Of a stretch of DNA of 64,000 nucleotides, positions 10,137 to 18,674 are shown one piece after another. Below the pieces are notes generated by a model. It was not told the origin of the DNA. It worked only from the letters and a program-made list of their open reading frames with translations, and searched no databases. Source of the DNA: a virus; IMG/VR virus record IMGVR_UViG_3300005617_000028, positions 65,140 to 129,139 of that record; one strand, 5' to 3'. The position numbers were made by a program, and so were the translations under genes. Numbering within the stretch: the stretch's first letter is position 1; every line of letters starts with the position of its first letter.

Positions 10137-10300
10137 GCGCCGCTAGCGACCTGCGCCGGGCCGAGGCCGTCCTGACTGAGCTGCTGGCCACCTACGCCAA
10201 GCACGGCTGCACCCCGGCCGAGACGGAGGACATGGAATCCGTTGTCAAGGCGCGCCGTAACGTCGAATTCCTACGGGGCCGGAAGGGGGGCCGAAGGTGA
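10133..10300 (+). CDS. 55-aa hypothetical protein
   Basis: Hand-translated MSAASDLRRAEAVL... Confidence 0.55.
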   Translation: MSAASDLRRAEAVLTELLATYAKHGCTPAETEDMESVVKARRNVEFLRGRKGGRR

Positions 10301-10412
10301 CCGCGAATGTACGCCGGGCTGCCGGGAACTCTTGACTTCCGTCACCGGGACAAGGTAGGTTCTGTCTACGAGATAGACACCACCGAAATACCAGGCTAGG
10401 AAAGGTCGAGCC

Positions 10413-10805
10413 ATGAACGGAAACAGAGAACAGGTCATGACCACCGGTGCCGAATACGCTAGCTTGCCCGCAGACGAGCGCGAGGCTTTGCTGATGCGGC
10501 AACACGGCGAAGCGAGAACCGCCAGCCAGCGGTACGCCGCGCTGCTCGTGCTGGAGGCCGGGGTAAAGGCCCGCGAATTTCTGCCCTCGGTTACGAAGCT
10601 GGCTTTCCGGTTGGGTGATGGAGGGTCAGTGGTCACGCTGCTCACCGCCTACGGGGTCGGCGGGGAGGTTCTGTGGGACCTCGATGTGGATGAAGAGTGG
10701 CCCGACGAAAGCCAGGTCGCCGACAACCTGGAGGCGGCCTATGACGCGGATGTCAGGTGCTTTAAGCGTGACGGTGACCTGCATTGCATCACCGTCGACT
10801 GGTGA
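10413..10805 (+). CDS. Hypothetical protein
   Basis: Follows a family A leader. Confidence 0.8.
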   Translation: MNGNREQVMTTGAEYASLPADEREALLMRQHGEARTASQRYAALLVLEAGVKAREFLPSVTKLAFRLGDGGSVVTLLTAYGVGGEVLWDLDVDEEWPDESQVADNLEAAYDADVRCFKRDGDLHCITVDW

Positions 10806-10858
10806 CACCATCCCGTCACTCGTGTACGCAGTTTCTGACTAAGGAGTTTCGAGTCATC

Positions 10859-11584
10859 ATGAGTAATGTCAACCCGCCCAGCTACACCTTTGAGGAGCCG
10901 ATCGGCACGATCCGTGTCGACGTGCTCACCGCCGAGGAGAACGACAGTCGTCGGCTCGCGCCGGAGCTTCAACCGCGTATCCGTGTGGACGCGACGCTGA
11001 CCGTTCGCGGTGTGGCTTACCGCGTCTTCGCCAAATACCGGTGGGAGCGGACCGGTCACGCGGTCTATTCCCACGGCAATCCGACCGGCGCCCATACTTA
11101 TTGGCAGGAGATCGACAGTCAGTACACCCGTGTCGACTCCGGTAAGCGGCCTGACTACAGCACACCTACTTACCGCACTCTGTACGACACAGTGTGGCGC
11201 GTGCTCGGCCGGCTGGTCGCCGACCATCCCGAGTGGCAGCATGCCTCTCTGGTGGCCCGGCTGCGGAAGTTGGCCGCTGAGTCTGAGCAGACCGCTGCAT
11301 CGGCCCGGTACCAGTGGATGGAAGCCACCACCAGGGCGGCCGCGCTGCGCGGCGAGCTGGCCACCGCCCTACTCGACCACAGTGCCGGGGTCAGCGGTGT
11401 GTGTCAGCACTGCGACCAACCAGTACGGCTGTCGGTCGACCCGTCGGTTCCCTGGGTGCACACGCAGACTGGTAACGGTTACTGCGACGTGTACGTACCC
11501 GTAGATGCGGTCATGTTGGCCGGCACGTCCGGCCGTACCGAGGCCAGCCCGTTGGCACAGAGCATTCAGGGAGAGCAGTCATGA
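10859..11584 (+). CDS. Hypothetical protein with C-terminal CxxC...H...C module
   Basis: TGACT-aaggagtttcg-AGTCA start element. Confidence 0.75.
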   Translation: MSNVNPPSYTFEEPIGTIRVDVLTAEENDSRRLAPELQPRIRVDATLTVRGVAYRVFAKYRWERTGHAVYSHGNPTGAHTYWQEIDSQYTRVDSGKRPDYSTPTYRTLYDTVWRVLGRLVADHPEWQHASLVARLRKLAAESEQTAASARYQWMEATTRAAALRGELATALLDHSAGVSGVCQHCDQPVRLSVDPSVPWVHTQTGNGYCDVYVPVDAVMLAGTSGRTEASPLAQSIQGEQS

Positions 11585-11724
11585 CAGTCCGAGGCGTGTT
11601 CCTGGTAGGGCTGACCGTTGCGGTCGGCGGGCTGGGCCTGGTCTTCTTCCCGCCCCTGGTCGTGGTCCTCATCGTGGCGCTCTGCCTGAGCCGGTTACGC
11701 CGGACCGCCAAGACTGGCAGTTGA
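11581..11724 (+). CDS. 47-aa membrane peptide
   Basis: Hand-translated, hydrophobic; stop inside the next TTGACA. Confidence 0.6.
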   Translation: MTVRGVFLVGLTVAVGGLGLVFFPPLVVVLIVALCLSRLRRTAKTGS

Positions 11725-11814
11725 CAGGGCACCTGACCAGCGACTATGTTCTGTCTACGAGCTAGACACCCCGCCGAAGGCTAAGCACCTTCCAGCCACA
11801 TAAGGACGGACATC

Positions 11815-12069
11815 ATGGTAGTCATCACTGCCCGCACCGATCTCGCGCCTCTCACCGGCGTACGGGTGCGCATCCAGAACACAGTGCGCGGTGAGCGGTT
11901 CACGCGCTACGGCGTGTTCACGGAGTTGTGGCACAGCGACGGCGCCCGGACCGGCATGGGCCCCCACGCTGGTGGCTACCTCACCGAGGAGCCGCACGGT
12001 TCCTGCCGGGGCGGCAATACGGCGTTCTGCCTGGACTACAACGACTCCACTGTGGAGGTTGCGCGATGA
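11815..12069 (+). CDS. Hypothetical protein
   Basis: Follows a family A leader; AAGGA RBS. Confidence 0.75.
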   Translation: MVVITARTDLAPLTGVRVRIQNTVRGERFTRYGVFTELWHSDGARTGMGPHAGGYLTEEPHGSCRGGNTAFCLDYNDSTVEVAR

Positions 12070-12545
12070 GCGCGGTCGGGAGTCGGGTTCGTCTGCTCGC
12101 CTGGGGCTCGGACGAGGCACTGCGGGAAGACAGCGTGCCGCACGGCACCGAAGGCACCGTGGTCGCGGTAGAAGACGACGTCAACATGATTCACGTCCGG
12201 TGGGACACCGGCCTAGAGCTGGGGCTGATCCCCGAACACGACCGGTGGGAAGAGGTGGCACCTTCGGTGACCGAGGTCGACCGCATCAGCAAACGCGCTC
12301 ACGTGGCCGCGCTCCGGGCCGGGAACTTCTGCTACATCTACTCCGGCTCTGACCGTACCGAGGTCGCCGAGCGCGCCCGTACGGGGGAAGTGGGGATGAC
12401 CGCTGCCAACCTCGATACCGAGGTGACCTGGCTACAGCCGCAACACTTCCACGAGACCTACCAGCGGCTCTGTGACGCGGTCGGCTACCGCAACGTATAC
12501 CTGATGCCCAGTACCGAGGGGAACGGCGCGGAGGCTGGTCCGTGA
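12066..12545 (+). CDS. DUF4314-like domain protein
   Basis: GSRVRL...VPHGTEGTVVAVEDD...IHVRWDTG..LGLIP..DRW. Confidence 0.7.
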   Translation: MSAVGSRVRLLAWGSDEALREDSVPHGTEGTVVAVEDDVNMIHVRWDTGLELGLIPEHDRWEEVAPSVTEVDRISKRAHVAALRAGNFCYIYSGSDRTEVAERARTGEVGMTAANLDTEVTWLQPQHFHETYQRLCDAVGYRNVYLMPSTEGNGAEAGP

Positions 12546-12757
12546 GCCTGTTTCCTACCCCACAGGACTACGCAGCCAACCCGCCCGGTAGCTGGACGAT
12601 ACAACGGCTGACACGCCGTCTGTACGCGCTCTGCGCGAGGGACGGCCGGGTGCTGGCCACCTACCCGCGCCGTGGTGACGCGGTCCGTGACGCAGACAGG
12701 ATCAGAGCACAGTACGACCAGGAGAGACGCGCGACCACCGTAGACACTCGCTCTTGA
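12542..12757 (+). CDS. Hypothetical protein
   Basis: GTGA-coupled; stop inside the next TTGACT. Confidence 0.6.
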   Translation: MSLFPTPQDYAANPPGSWTIQRLTRRLYALCARDGRVLATYPRRGDAVRDADRIRAQYDQERRATTVDTRS

Positions 12758-13167
12758 CTTAGGTCTACCGCCCGGTGTACCTTACGTATGTAGGCAAACG
12801 AGCGACACCAGGAGGCGCCACCATGAACGATCAGGTACCCGCCAAGGAACCGACGGTAACCGTAAGTCTTCCGCGCAGTTACAGACTAGTCATCGAGTGT
12901 GGTGCGCCGGGCGAGAACATCGATGGTGCCGTGCGGCAGGCTACCGCCTGGTTGTGCGACAGCATCGACGAGAGTGGTGAGCATGACTTGACCGTAACGG
13001 TGACCGATGAAACGGGCGAGCTTGTCGCTCAGCACCAGTATCAAGCTCATTAGGGACGCGCGTGTCCACCGTAGACACTCGCTCTTGACTTAGGTCTACT
13101 GTTTGGTGTATCTTACGTATGTAAGCAAGCGAGCGACACCAGGAGGCGCCACCATGAACGACCAGGT
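12726..13167 (+). repeat. Two ~110-bp near-identical promoter-leader-start repeats
   Basis: ~12726-12836 vs ~13055-13167, both ending GGAGGCGCCACC-ATGAACGAYCAGGT. Confidence 0.9.
12823..13053 (+). CDS. Hypothetical protein (starts MNDQV)
   Basis: AGGAGG RBS in repeated leader. Confidence 0.8.
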   Translation: MNDQVPAKEPTVTVSLPRSYRLVIECGAPGENIDGAVRQATAWLCDSIDESGEHDLTVTVTDETGELVAQHQYQAH

Positions 13168-13426
13168 TTCCGTTACCGAGGTGGTCGACCTGTCCGACGA
13201 GCTGACCGGCGAGGCCGAACACATCCGCGATAGCGGCGTATCCACCGAGGCCGAGGTCCACCGGTTCTGGCACCGCATCAACGGGCCGGCCGAGGAGGTC
13301 GGGTGTCCGTGGGATGCTTGTCACAATCCGCGGGATGACTACGACGGGCCGGCCTGGTGTGGCCAGTGGATCGACTCGGCCGACTACTGCTCCGGCGACC
13401 ACGGCGCCGAACAACAACCGTTCTGA
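13154..13426 (+). CDS. Acidic Cys-containing hypothetical protein (starts MNDQV)
   Basis: AGGAGG RBS in repeated leader. Confidence 0.8.
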   Translation: MNDQVSVTEVVDLSDELTGEAEHIRDSGVSTEAEVHRFWHRINGPAEEVGCPWDACHNPRDDYDGPAWCGQWIDSADYCSGDHGAEQQPF

Positions 13427-13462
13427 GTCCGCACAACCGTTGAGGCTAGGGAGAATCAAGCC

Positions 13463-14086
13463 ATGAAACCGCTCACCACACTTGCCGCCGAGGTTGACCA
13501 GATCCGCGAAACGCTGTTTGGTATCGCCCGCGCGCACCGCTCGGTGATCCCACCGGCCGAGGTCGTCGCGACCGAGGCGGCAACGCTGGCCCAGCAACTG
13601 GGCGAGGTCATCTCCGCGCTCCTGGCGCCTGCGGGCCTGCTCTCCTCTGTGGAGTGGACAGCGGACCTGGCAGACGCGGAGGTCGCCACGCTCGACGACC
13701 AGAGCCGAAGGCTACTCGCCAACGCGCTACGTGAGGCGTGGAATGACAAGCAGGACTGGGCAGTCCTGGACAAGGTACGGGGCCGCATCGCTGGCAAATA
13801 CCCGTTCGCGGATGCGCGCGTGGTTCTGTTCACCGCCTCGGAGTGGGACAACGGGTGGTATCTAGATGACACTGCCGCCGTCTTCTTCGCGGACGGTACC
13901 TCGGATTCCAATGTGGATTTCGGGTGCACCACGGAGCTAACCGAGGGACACGGCAGCGTCGGGCCTGATTCAGCGCTGGCCGTCAACCTCCGCACGGGTG
14001 AGATGTTTTTCGACGATTACCGCGCCAACGTCACCGAGAAAATGTGTGAGTGGTTGGGACTTGCGGAGCTGCCGCCGAGCGCGTAA
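13463..14086 (+). CDS. Hypothetical protein
   Basis: GGCT-N11-AGCC-ATG start element. Confidence 0.8.
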   Translation: MKPLTTLAAEVDQIRETLFGIARAHRSVIPPAEVVATEAATLAQQLGEVISALLAPAGLLSSVEWTADLADAEVATLDDQSRRLLANALREAWNDKQDWAVLDKVRGRIAGKYPFADARVVLFTASEWDNGWYLDDTAAVFFADGTSDSNVDFGCTTELTEGHGSVGPDSALAVNLRTGEMFFDDYRANVTEKMCEWLGLAELPPSA

Positions 14087-14138
14087 GGTCCTGTCTATCA
14101 GCTAGACACCGCACACCGAGGCTAAGGACAATCAAGCC

Positions 14139-14522
14139 ATGACAAGCATCATCGACAGTGAGCCGACCCATATCCGGCGTGACCGGTCCATCGAGTTTCA
14201 GTGGCCGGTACGACCGGGCAAGTGTGACAGTCTCGACGGCCAGGGAACCGTGCACGCCGTTCTGTACGTGTCACACGATGGCGACGTCAAACGGTTCCGG
14301 GCCAGCACGCACCCGGCCACCATCTACCCGAACGGCGTAACCAGCATGGAGATCTCCCTGCTCGCGCAGGGCTTCCGGTTCAGTGAGTCCACGCCGCGCT
14401 ACAGCGTGAAAGCGTTGGAAGCGTTCGCGCTGCGGGCCGTCGCCGCGCTGCGTACCGCGTACGCCGCTGGCGACACTAAGGTACTGGCGCTGTTTGACAC
14501 GGAGCCGGCAACGGCAGAATAG
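14139..14522 (+). CDS. Hypothetical protein
   Basis: Follows a family A leader. Confidence 0.8.
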   Translation: MTSIIDSEPTHIRRDRSIEFQWPVRPGKCDSLDGQGTVHAVLYVSHDGDVKRFRASTHPATIYPNGVTSMEISLLAQGFRFSESTPRYSVKALEAFALRAVAALRTAYAAGDTKVLALFDTEPATAE

Positions 14523-14608
14523 ACAAGGGCTTGACACGCAGCCCCCGACCACATAGATTCTGTCTATCAGCTAGACACCGCACCACCGAGGCTAAGGAAA
14601 ATCAAGCC

Positions 14609-14923
14609 ATGGCACAGCAAGTGGTAACCCTGCCCGACTCGTTGATCAACGCAATCCGGGTGGTCTGCGCAGACACGGACACCGATCCGGGCGCAGCGGT
14701 TGAGGCCGCGCTGCTCATCACGTACGGATACGCGCTGTACCGGGCAGCCGATTCGATCGAGCCGACCAGCATCGTGATACCCAAGGCGCAGTGGCTACAG
14801 ATCGCTGAGATGCTGGTCAGTGGTCGGGGCCCGGCGGTCGACCGCGCAAACCTCGGACTGACGTGGATGAACCTCGGGCCATCATCGGCCGACGCTTACA
14901 GAAGTGGGCAGGTTCCGGCATGA
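14609..14923 (+). CDS. Hypothetical protein
   Basis: Follows a family A leader. Confidence 0.8.
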   Translation: MAQQVVTLPDSLINAIRVVCADTDTDPGAAVEAALLITYGYALYRAADSIEPTSIVIPKAQWLQIAEMLVSGRGPAVDRANLGLTWMNLGPSSADAYRSGQVPA

Positions 14924-15111
14924 GTGACACACGAGTCAAGTTGGCCGCGCTGCGCAAGGCGAGCGAGGGACCGGACCCGTACGCCGAGGCGGATGCGGAC
15001 CACACGCCGGTCCGCACGGTGCCGGGTGAGGATGGTTTCGAGTGTGGCCGGTGCGGGCTGGCCATCACGGCCGACGCGCGGAGGCACGGACACATCGCGG
15101 ACGGGAAGTGA
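14920..15111 (+). CDS. Small Zn-ribbon protein
   Basis: ATGA-coupled; H...CGRC...H. Confidence 0.6.
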   Translation: MSDTRVKLAALRKASEGPDPYAEADADHTPVRTVPGEDGFECGRCGLAITADARRHGHIADGK

Positions 15112-15116
15112 GCACC

Positions 15117-15347
15117 ATGAGCGGAGCCACCACACAACGGTGCGTCAACGACGATCCGTCCTGCCGGGGCCCGGTGGAGCTGCGCACGGCGCTGTCAGGT
15201 ACGGGTACGCCGTTCCCGCGCTGCGAGCTGCACTGGCAGAAACGGCTAGACCTGGAAGAGGGGTTGCGCGAGCGGTATCCGGTGCACCCGCCAGCGGGCT
15301 GGTCGCCGGCCGACATTGGCGAGAGCTGGAGTGAGGAGGACTACTGA
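15117..15347 (+). CDS. Small actinophage-type protein
   Basis: C....C.G.VE.R..LSGTG..FPRC..HW...P....P...GE.W pattern recalled from mycobacteriophage genes. Confidence 0.7.
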   Translation: MSGATTQRCVNDDPSCRGPVELRTALSGTGTPFPRCELHWQKRLDLEEGLRERYPVHPPAGWSPADIGESWSEEDY

Positions 15348-15658
15348 TGTTCTACGTGACGATTGTTCGTGACAGTAGGCAGGTTGGGGTACTGGCCGGG
15401 CCTTTCAACTCGGCCGAAGACGCGCAGCCGTGGGTGGAGCGCACCCGCGTCGCAGCGATCGCGGTAGACCGGTGGCCACACTTCGACGCTTTCGGCGTGT
15501 CGCACATCCCCGGACGGGGCGCGCCCGGCCGTCTCAACGCTCGCCTGGGGCTGCTGCCGGCCGGCTCGGTCGGGTACCGGGTCTGGCGACAGGGACCGGT
15601 CACGCACGCTGCCTCACATGAGGCCGCCGGTACCGTGCGTTCGGTACCGTCCGTCTGA
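15347..15658 (+). CDS. Hypothetical protein
   Basis: TGATG-coupled; FYVT..R....LAGPF. Confidence 0.7.
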   Translation: MFYVTIVRDSRQVGVLAGPFNSAEDAQPWVERTRVAAIAVDRWPHFDAFGVSHIPGRGAPGRLNARLGLLPAGSVGYRVWRQGPVTHAASHEAAGTVRSVPSV

Positions 15659-15876
15659 TGGATGACGAGGAGGCCGGCCGGCTCGCGCGGGAAGACGGCT
15701 ACGTGACCTGTGACGAGTGTGGGCACATGATGGAGCGCCACGACACCACGGGCTGTCAGACGGCGATTGACGGCGGTTGCCCGTGCCAGGTACGGGTTAC
15801 GCAGACGGAGATCCGCGCGATACGTGTCCGGTACGGACTGCCGGCCCGGTTCGACCGCAACCTCTTGATGCCGTAA
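15658..15876 (+). CDS. Small Cys/His protein
   Basis: TGATG-coupled; CDECGH...H...C...C.C. Confidence 0.65.
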   Translation: MDDEEAGRLAREDGYVTCDECGHMMERHDTTGCQTAIDGGCPCQVRVTQTEIRAIRVRYGLPARFDRNLLMP

Positions 15877-15990
15877 GCCACCTGTAGCGCAGACAGGCTA
15901 CAGCGGCGCGCGACAGCGCTTGACGTAGGTACACCGACGGGTGTACGTTCACCACATCAGCAAAGCACGGCTACGGAAAGTTGGAGCCAC

Positions 15991-16557
15991 ATGCGCAAGA
16001 CATGGAATCACGTACCGCCGGAGTCCACCCAGCCCTGTCCCGATGACAATATGAGTATGTGTGTGATCGGACAGGTCGGAGTCTGGCACGGTGACCGGCG
16101 GAAGCTCATTCACACGGAATCGGCTATGGAGATCGCCGCATGGTGGCAGGGTCCGCGCTCGCCCGGACTCACCGCGTTTGCCAGTACCGGAACCATCACG
16201 CCGGACCTGCTACTGGAAATCGCCGCCGCGCGTCGCACGGTGACCGGTGCCGACGGTGACGACCTGGACGCGCTGGCGGCCTACGTGCGCGCCGTGGTGA
16301 TCCTGACAGGCGACGACGCTGCCTACCACGGCGCAGAGGAGACGTGCGACCATTGCACCGATTCCGGTTGCCTCTACATGGCCAGCGCGATCACGTTCAC
16401 AGTCCAGGTGGAGGTAACGCGCGGTTCCGGCCCGTGGCAGGTTACGTCGGCAGTAGCCAGCGCTCTTGGTGAGGCTATCGCCAACGCGGGCGCCGGAGTT
16501 TTCTCCGTGCTGGGTTCTGAGTACTGGACCACGGGCGTACGGTCCCGCCGTGCCTGA
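15991..16557 (+). CDS. Hypothetical protein
   Basis: Follows a family B promoter and start element. Confidence 0.75.
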   Translation: MRKTWNHVPPESTQPCPDDNMSMCVIGQVGVWHGDRRKLIHTESAMEIAAWWQGPRSPGLTAFASTGTITPDLLLEIAAARRTVTGADGDDLDALAAYVRAVVILTGDDAAYHGAEETCDHCTDSGCLYMASAITFTVQVEVTRGSGPWQVTSAVASALGEAIANAGAGVFSVLGSEYWTTGVRSRRA

Positions 16558-16693
16558 TGAGGTTTGGATCAACGAGTCGCGCGCCGAGATGTGCGAGTGC
16601 GGTTGTGACACTGACCTACATGACGTAGTGGAAGTCGATGTTTTCTGTCCCAACTGCGGTGTGTGGTGCGCGGATGTGAGGGACATCGCTTGA
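16550..16693 (+). CDS. 47-aa Zn-ribbon protein
   Basis: CECGC...CPNC; stop inside the next TTGACA. Confidence 0.55.
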   Translation: MPDEVWINESRAEMCECGCDTDLHDVVEVDVFCPNCGVWCADVRDIA

Positions 16694-16760
16694 CACTGTG
16701 AGTACGACAGGCTAGCTTGTGTCTAGCAGGTAGACAGAACGGCTACGGAAAGTAGGAGCC

Positions 16761-17132
16761 ATGGAAATTCTCGCTTACCACAACGCACGGTCGAACGACG
16801 ATCGCGATTTCGCCTTTCTCACACACAAGACGGGTGAGCCGGTAGTCCTGGTCTTCCGCACCGAAATCCCGGATCAGGATGATCTCGCGGCGTGCGAGTG
16901 GGCTTTCCACCTGCTCAACGTTGGCCATGAGGCTTTCGGTACGCCCGATCCGGCAGCCATCGAGTACCGCGCACGCGGTAACAGGTCACTGTCGGTTGGC
17001 GACGTCGTTTCGGTTGACGGTCGGTTCTACGCGGTTGCGTCGTATAGCTGGGCGCCGATCGACAAACCGCCGATGGTCGAAACCACTGCGCCGGGCACTA
17101 CGCCGATCGCGGATACGGCTCTTGACGGGTGA
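16761..17132 (+). CDS. YodL-like domain protein
   Basis: F..LN......RSLSVGDVV.VDGRFYAV motif. Confidence 0.7.
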   Translation: MEILAYHNARSNDDRDFAFLTHKTGEPVVLVFRTEIPDQDDLAACEWAFHLLNVGHEAFGTPDPAAIEYRARGNRSLSVGDVVSVDGRFYAVASYSWAPIDKPPMVETTAPGTTPIADTALDG

Positions 17133-17197
17133 TGGGCAAGCAGGCTACTGTCTAGCTAGTTGACAGGCACAACCCAACGGCTAGGGAAGTAGGAGCC

Positions 17198-17533
17198 ATG
17201 GAAACTCGCAGCTACGCGGACGGTACATCGATCACAGTCAAGATGCCGTGGTCGGTGTACGTGAGCGCACGGGTACTCTGTTCGGACGGCAAGGTGCGCG
17301 CCACGGCACGGATTGCATTGACGGCCGACACCTTCTTTTCGGTGCCGTGCGCGGTTAAGGTTTCCGGCCGGACGGTTTCCGGTTACCTCACAGTGGAGAC
17401 GCGCGAGGGAATGTCTACCGAAACCACGGATGATCCGGCCGTCGTTAAGTTCATCGCGTGCGGCAAGAACGCCGACGCGCTGCCGACCGGTGCCTACGTC
17501 GTACCCGCCACGGTTTCATCGGCGGTTTCCTGA
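17198..17533 (+). CDS. Hypothetical protein
   Basis: Follows a family A leader; DGKVR...ADTFFSVP..V...G..VSGY. Confidence 0.8.
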   Translation: METRSYADGTSITVKMPWSVYVSARVLCSDGKVRATARIALTADTFFSVPCAVKVSGRTVSGYLTVETREGMSTETTDDPAVVKFIACGKNADALPTGAYVVPATVSSAVS

Positions 17534-17766
17534 TGGGCGCCACACGGCAGCGTTTCACGCCGGCCGAGCGCTCGGCCCTGCTGATCGGCGCGGACATCGA
17601 ATGGCGCCACGGTTCTCGGTGGTACGCCGGAACGGTTTCCGGCCCGATTACCACGGATGAAATCGGTGCGCAGTACGTACCGGTTACGCACACAATCAAG
17701 AGCCCAACGGTTTCACCCGGAGGGATGCGCGGTTACCCGAAACAGATTCGCGTGCTGGCGGTTTGA
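17533..17766 (+). CDS. Hypothetical protein
   Basis: TGATG-coupled. Confidence 0.65.
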   Translation: MGATRQRFTPAERSALLIGADIEWRHGSRWYAGTVSGPITTDEIGAQYVPVTHTIKSPTVSPGGMRGYPKQIRVLAV

Positions 17767-17848
17767 CACGGGTTTCAGCTCTTGACTTAGGTTCACTACG
17801 GTGTGTACGTTCATGCCACACAACCAAACGGCTACGGAAGTAGGAGCC

Positions 17849-18289
17849 ATGTCAAGTACCCGTATCGGCGTAGCGTACGGCCCGATTCACAACGGTCGAC
17901 AGAACACGTACGCGGTTTACCGCGTCAACGTGGACGCGACGGTAACCGTTGAACACACCGGTCACCGTGAGGGTACGACCATGGTCGGGCTGCCGTTGGG
18001 CGGGCCCGGGTGGCGGCCGCCGACACGGTTCGATAGCGACATCGATCACTTCGTTGAGATCACGTTTCTCCGCCACTGTGGCGAGATGCCATCGCACATC
18101 GGCTCGCGCGCCATGGCTGGCATCGATCAGGCAACCGACAGCGACGGCGTACGGGTGCGTGAGTGCACCGGCCGGTACGGCACGCTAGACGGGCCGCACA
18201 GTACGTACGGTGCCACGGTCCGATGGGATGATGGCTCGCGGTTCTACGTGGACTCTGCGTGCCTGTGGCGGGTCCCATCGGCCCTGTAG
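17849..18289 (+). CDS. Hypothetical protein
   Basis: Follows a family B leader. Confidence 0.75.
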   Translation: MSSTRIGVAYGPIHNGRQNTYAVYRVNVDATVTVEHTGHREGTTMVGLPLGGPGWRPPTRFDSDIDHFVEITFLRHCGEMPSHIGSRAMAGIDQATDSDGVRVRECTGRYGTLDGPHSTYGATVRWDDGSRFYVDSACLWRVPSAL

Positions 18290-18301
18290 CGTGGACACGC
18301 T

Positions 18302-18332
18302 AGGCCCGGTCGGTACGCCCGGCCGGGCCTTT
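18302..18332 (+). terminator. Intrinsic terminator-like hairpin
   Basis: AGGCCCGGTCGG-N5-CCGGCCGGGCCT-TT. Confidence 0.7.
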
Positions 18333-18338
18333 GCCGTC

Positions 18339-18583
18339 GCTGCCCGCTTGCACGCTGCCGCTCGCCTGTCCGCTTGCACGCTGCCGCTTGCACGCTGCCG
18401 CTCGCCTGTCCGCTCGCACGCTGCCGCTCGCCTGTCCGCTCGCACGCTGCCGCTCGCACGCTGCCGCTCGCACGCGCACGCACGCCTGTCCGCTCGCACG
18501 CCTGTCCGCTCGCACGCGCACGCACGCTGCCGCTCGCACGCTGCCGCTCGCCTGTCCGCTCGCACGCTGCCGGCTCGCCTCGC
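18339..18583. repeat. Mosaic tandem repeat, ~15 copies of CCGCT(C/T)GC at mostly 12/14-bp spacing
   Basis: Units GCTGCCGCTCGCAC and CTGTCCGCTCGC read directly. Confidence 0.9.
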
Positions 18584-18674
18584 TAGCTAGAAATTATTGC
18601 TACTTGACTCGCCAGAGACGCACAGGCTACTGTCTACCTAGTTGACACCACGGCTACGGAACATGGGAGCTATC

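Larger units (their letters stand above)
9561..18647 (+). promoter_or_regulatory. Family A repeated promoters with TGTCTA-N5-T(A/T)GACA palindrome at the start site (8 copies)
   Basis: -35 at 9561, 10332, 11721, 14061 (degenerate), 14531, 16690, 17122, 18604; palindromes start at 9592, 10363, 11752, 14092, 14561, 16720, 17149, 18631. Confidence 0.9.

Noticed and set aside
18185-18645. Overlapping ORFs on both strands across the minisatellite
   Set aside because: Stop-free only because of the repeat; low-complexity translations and no RBS.
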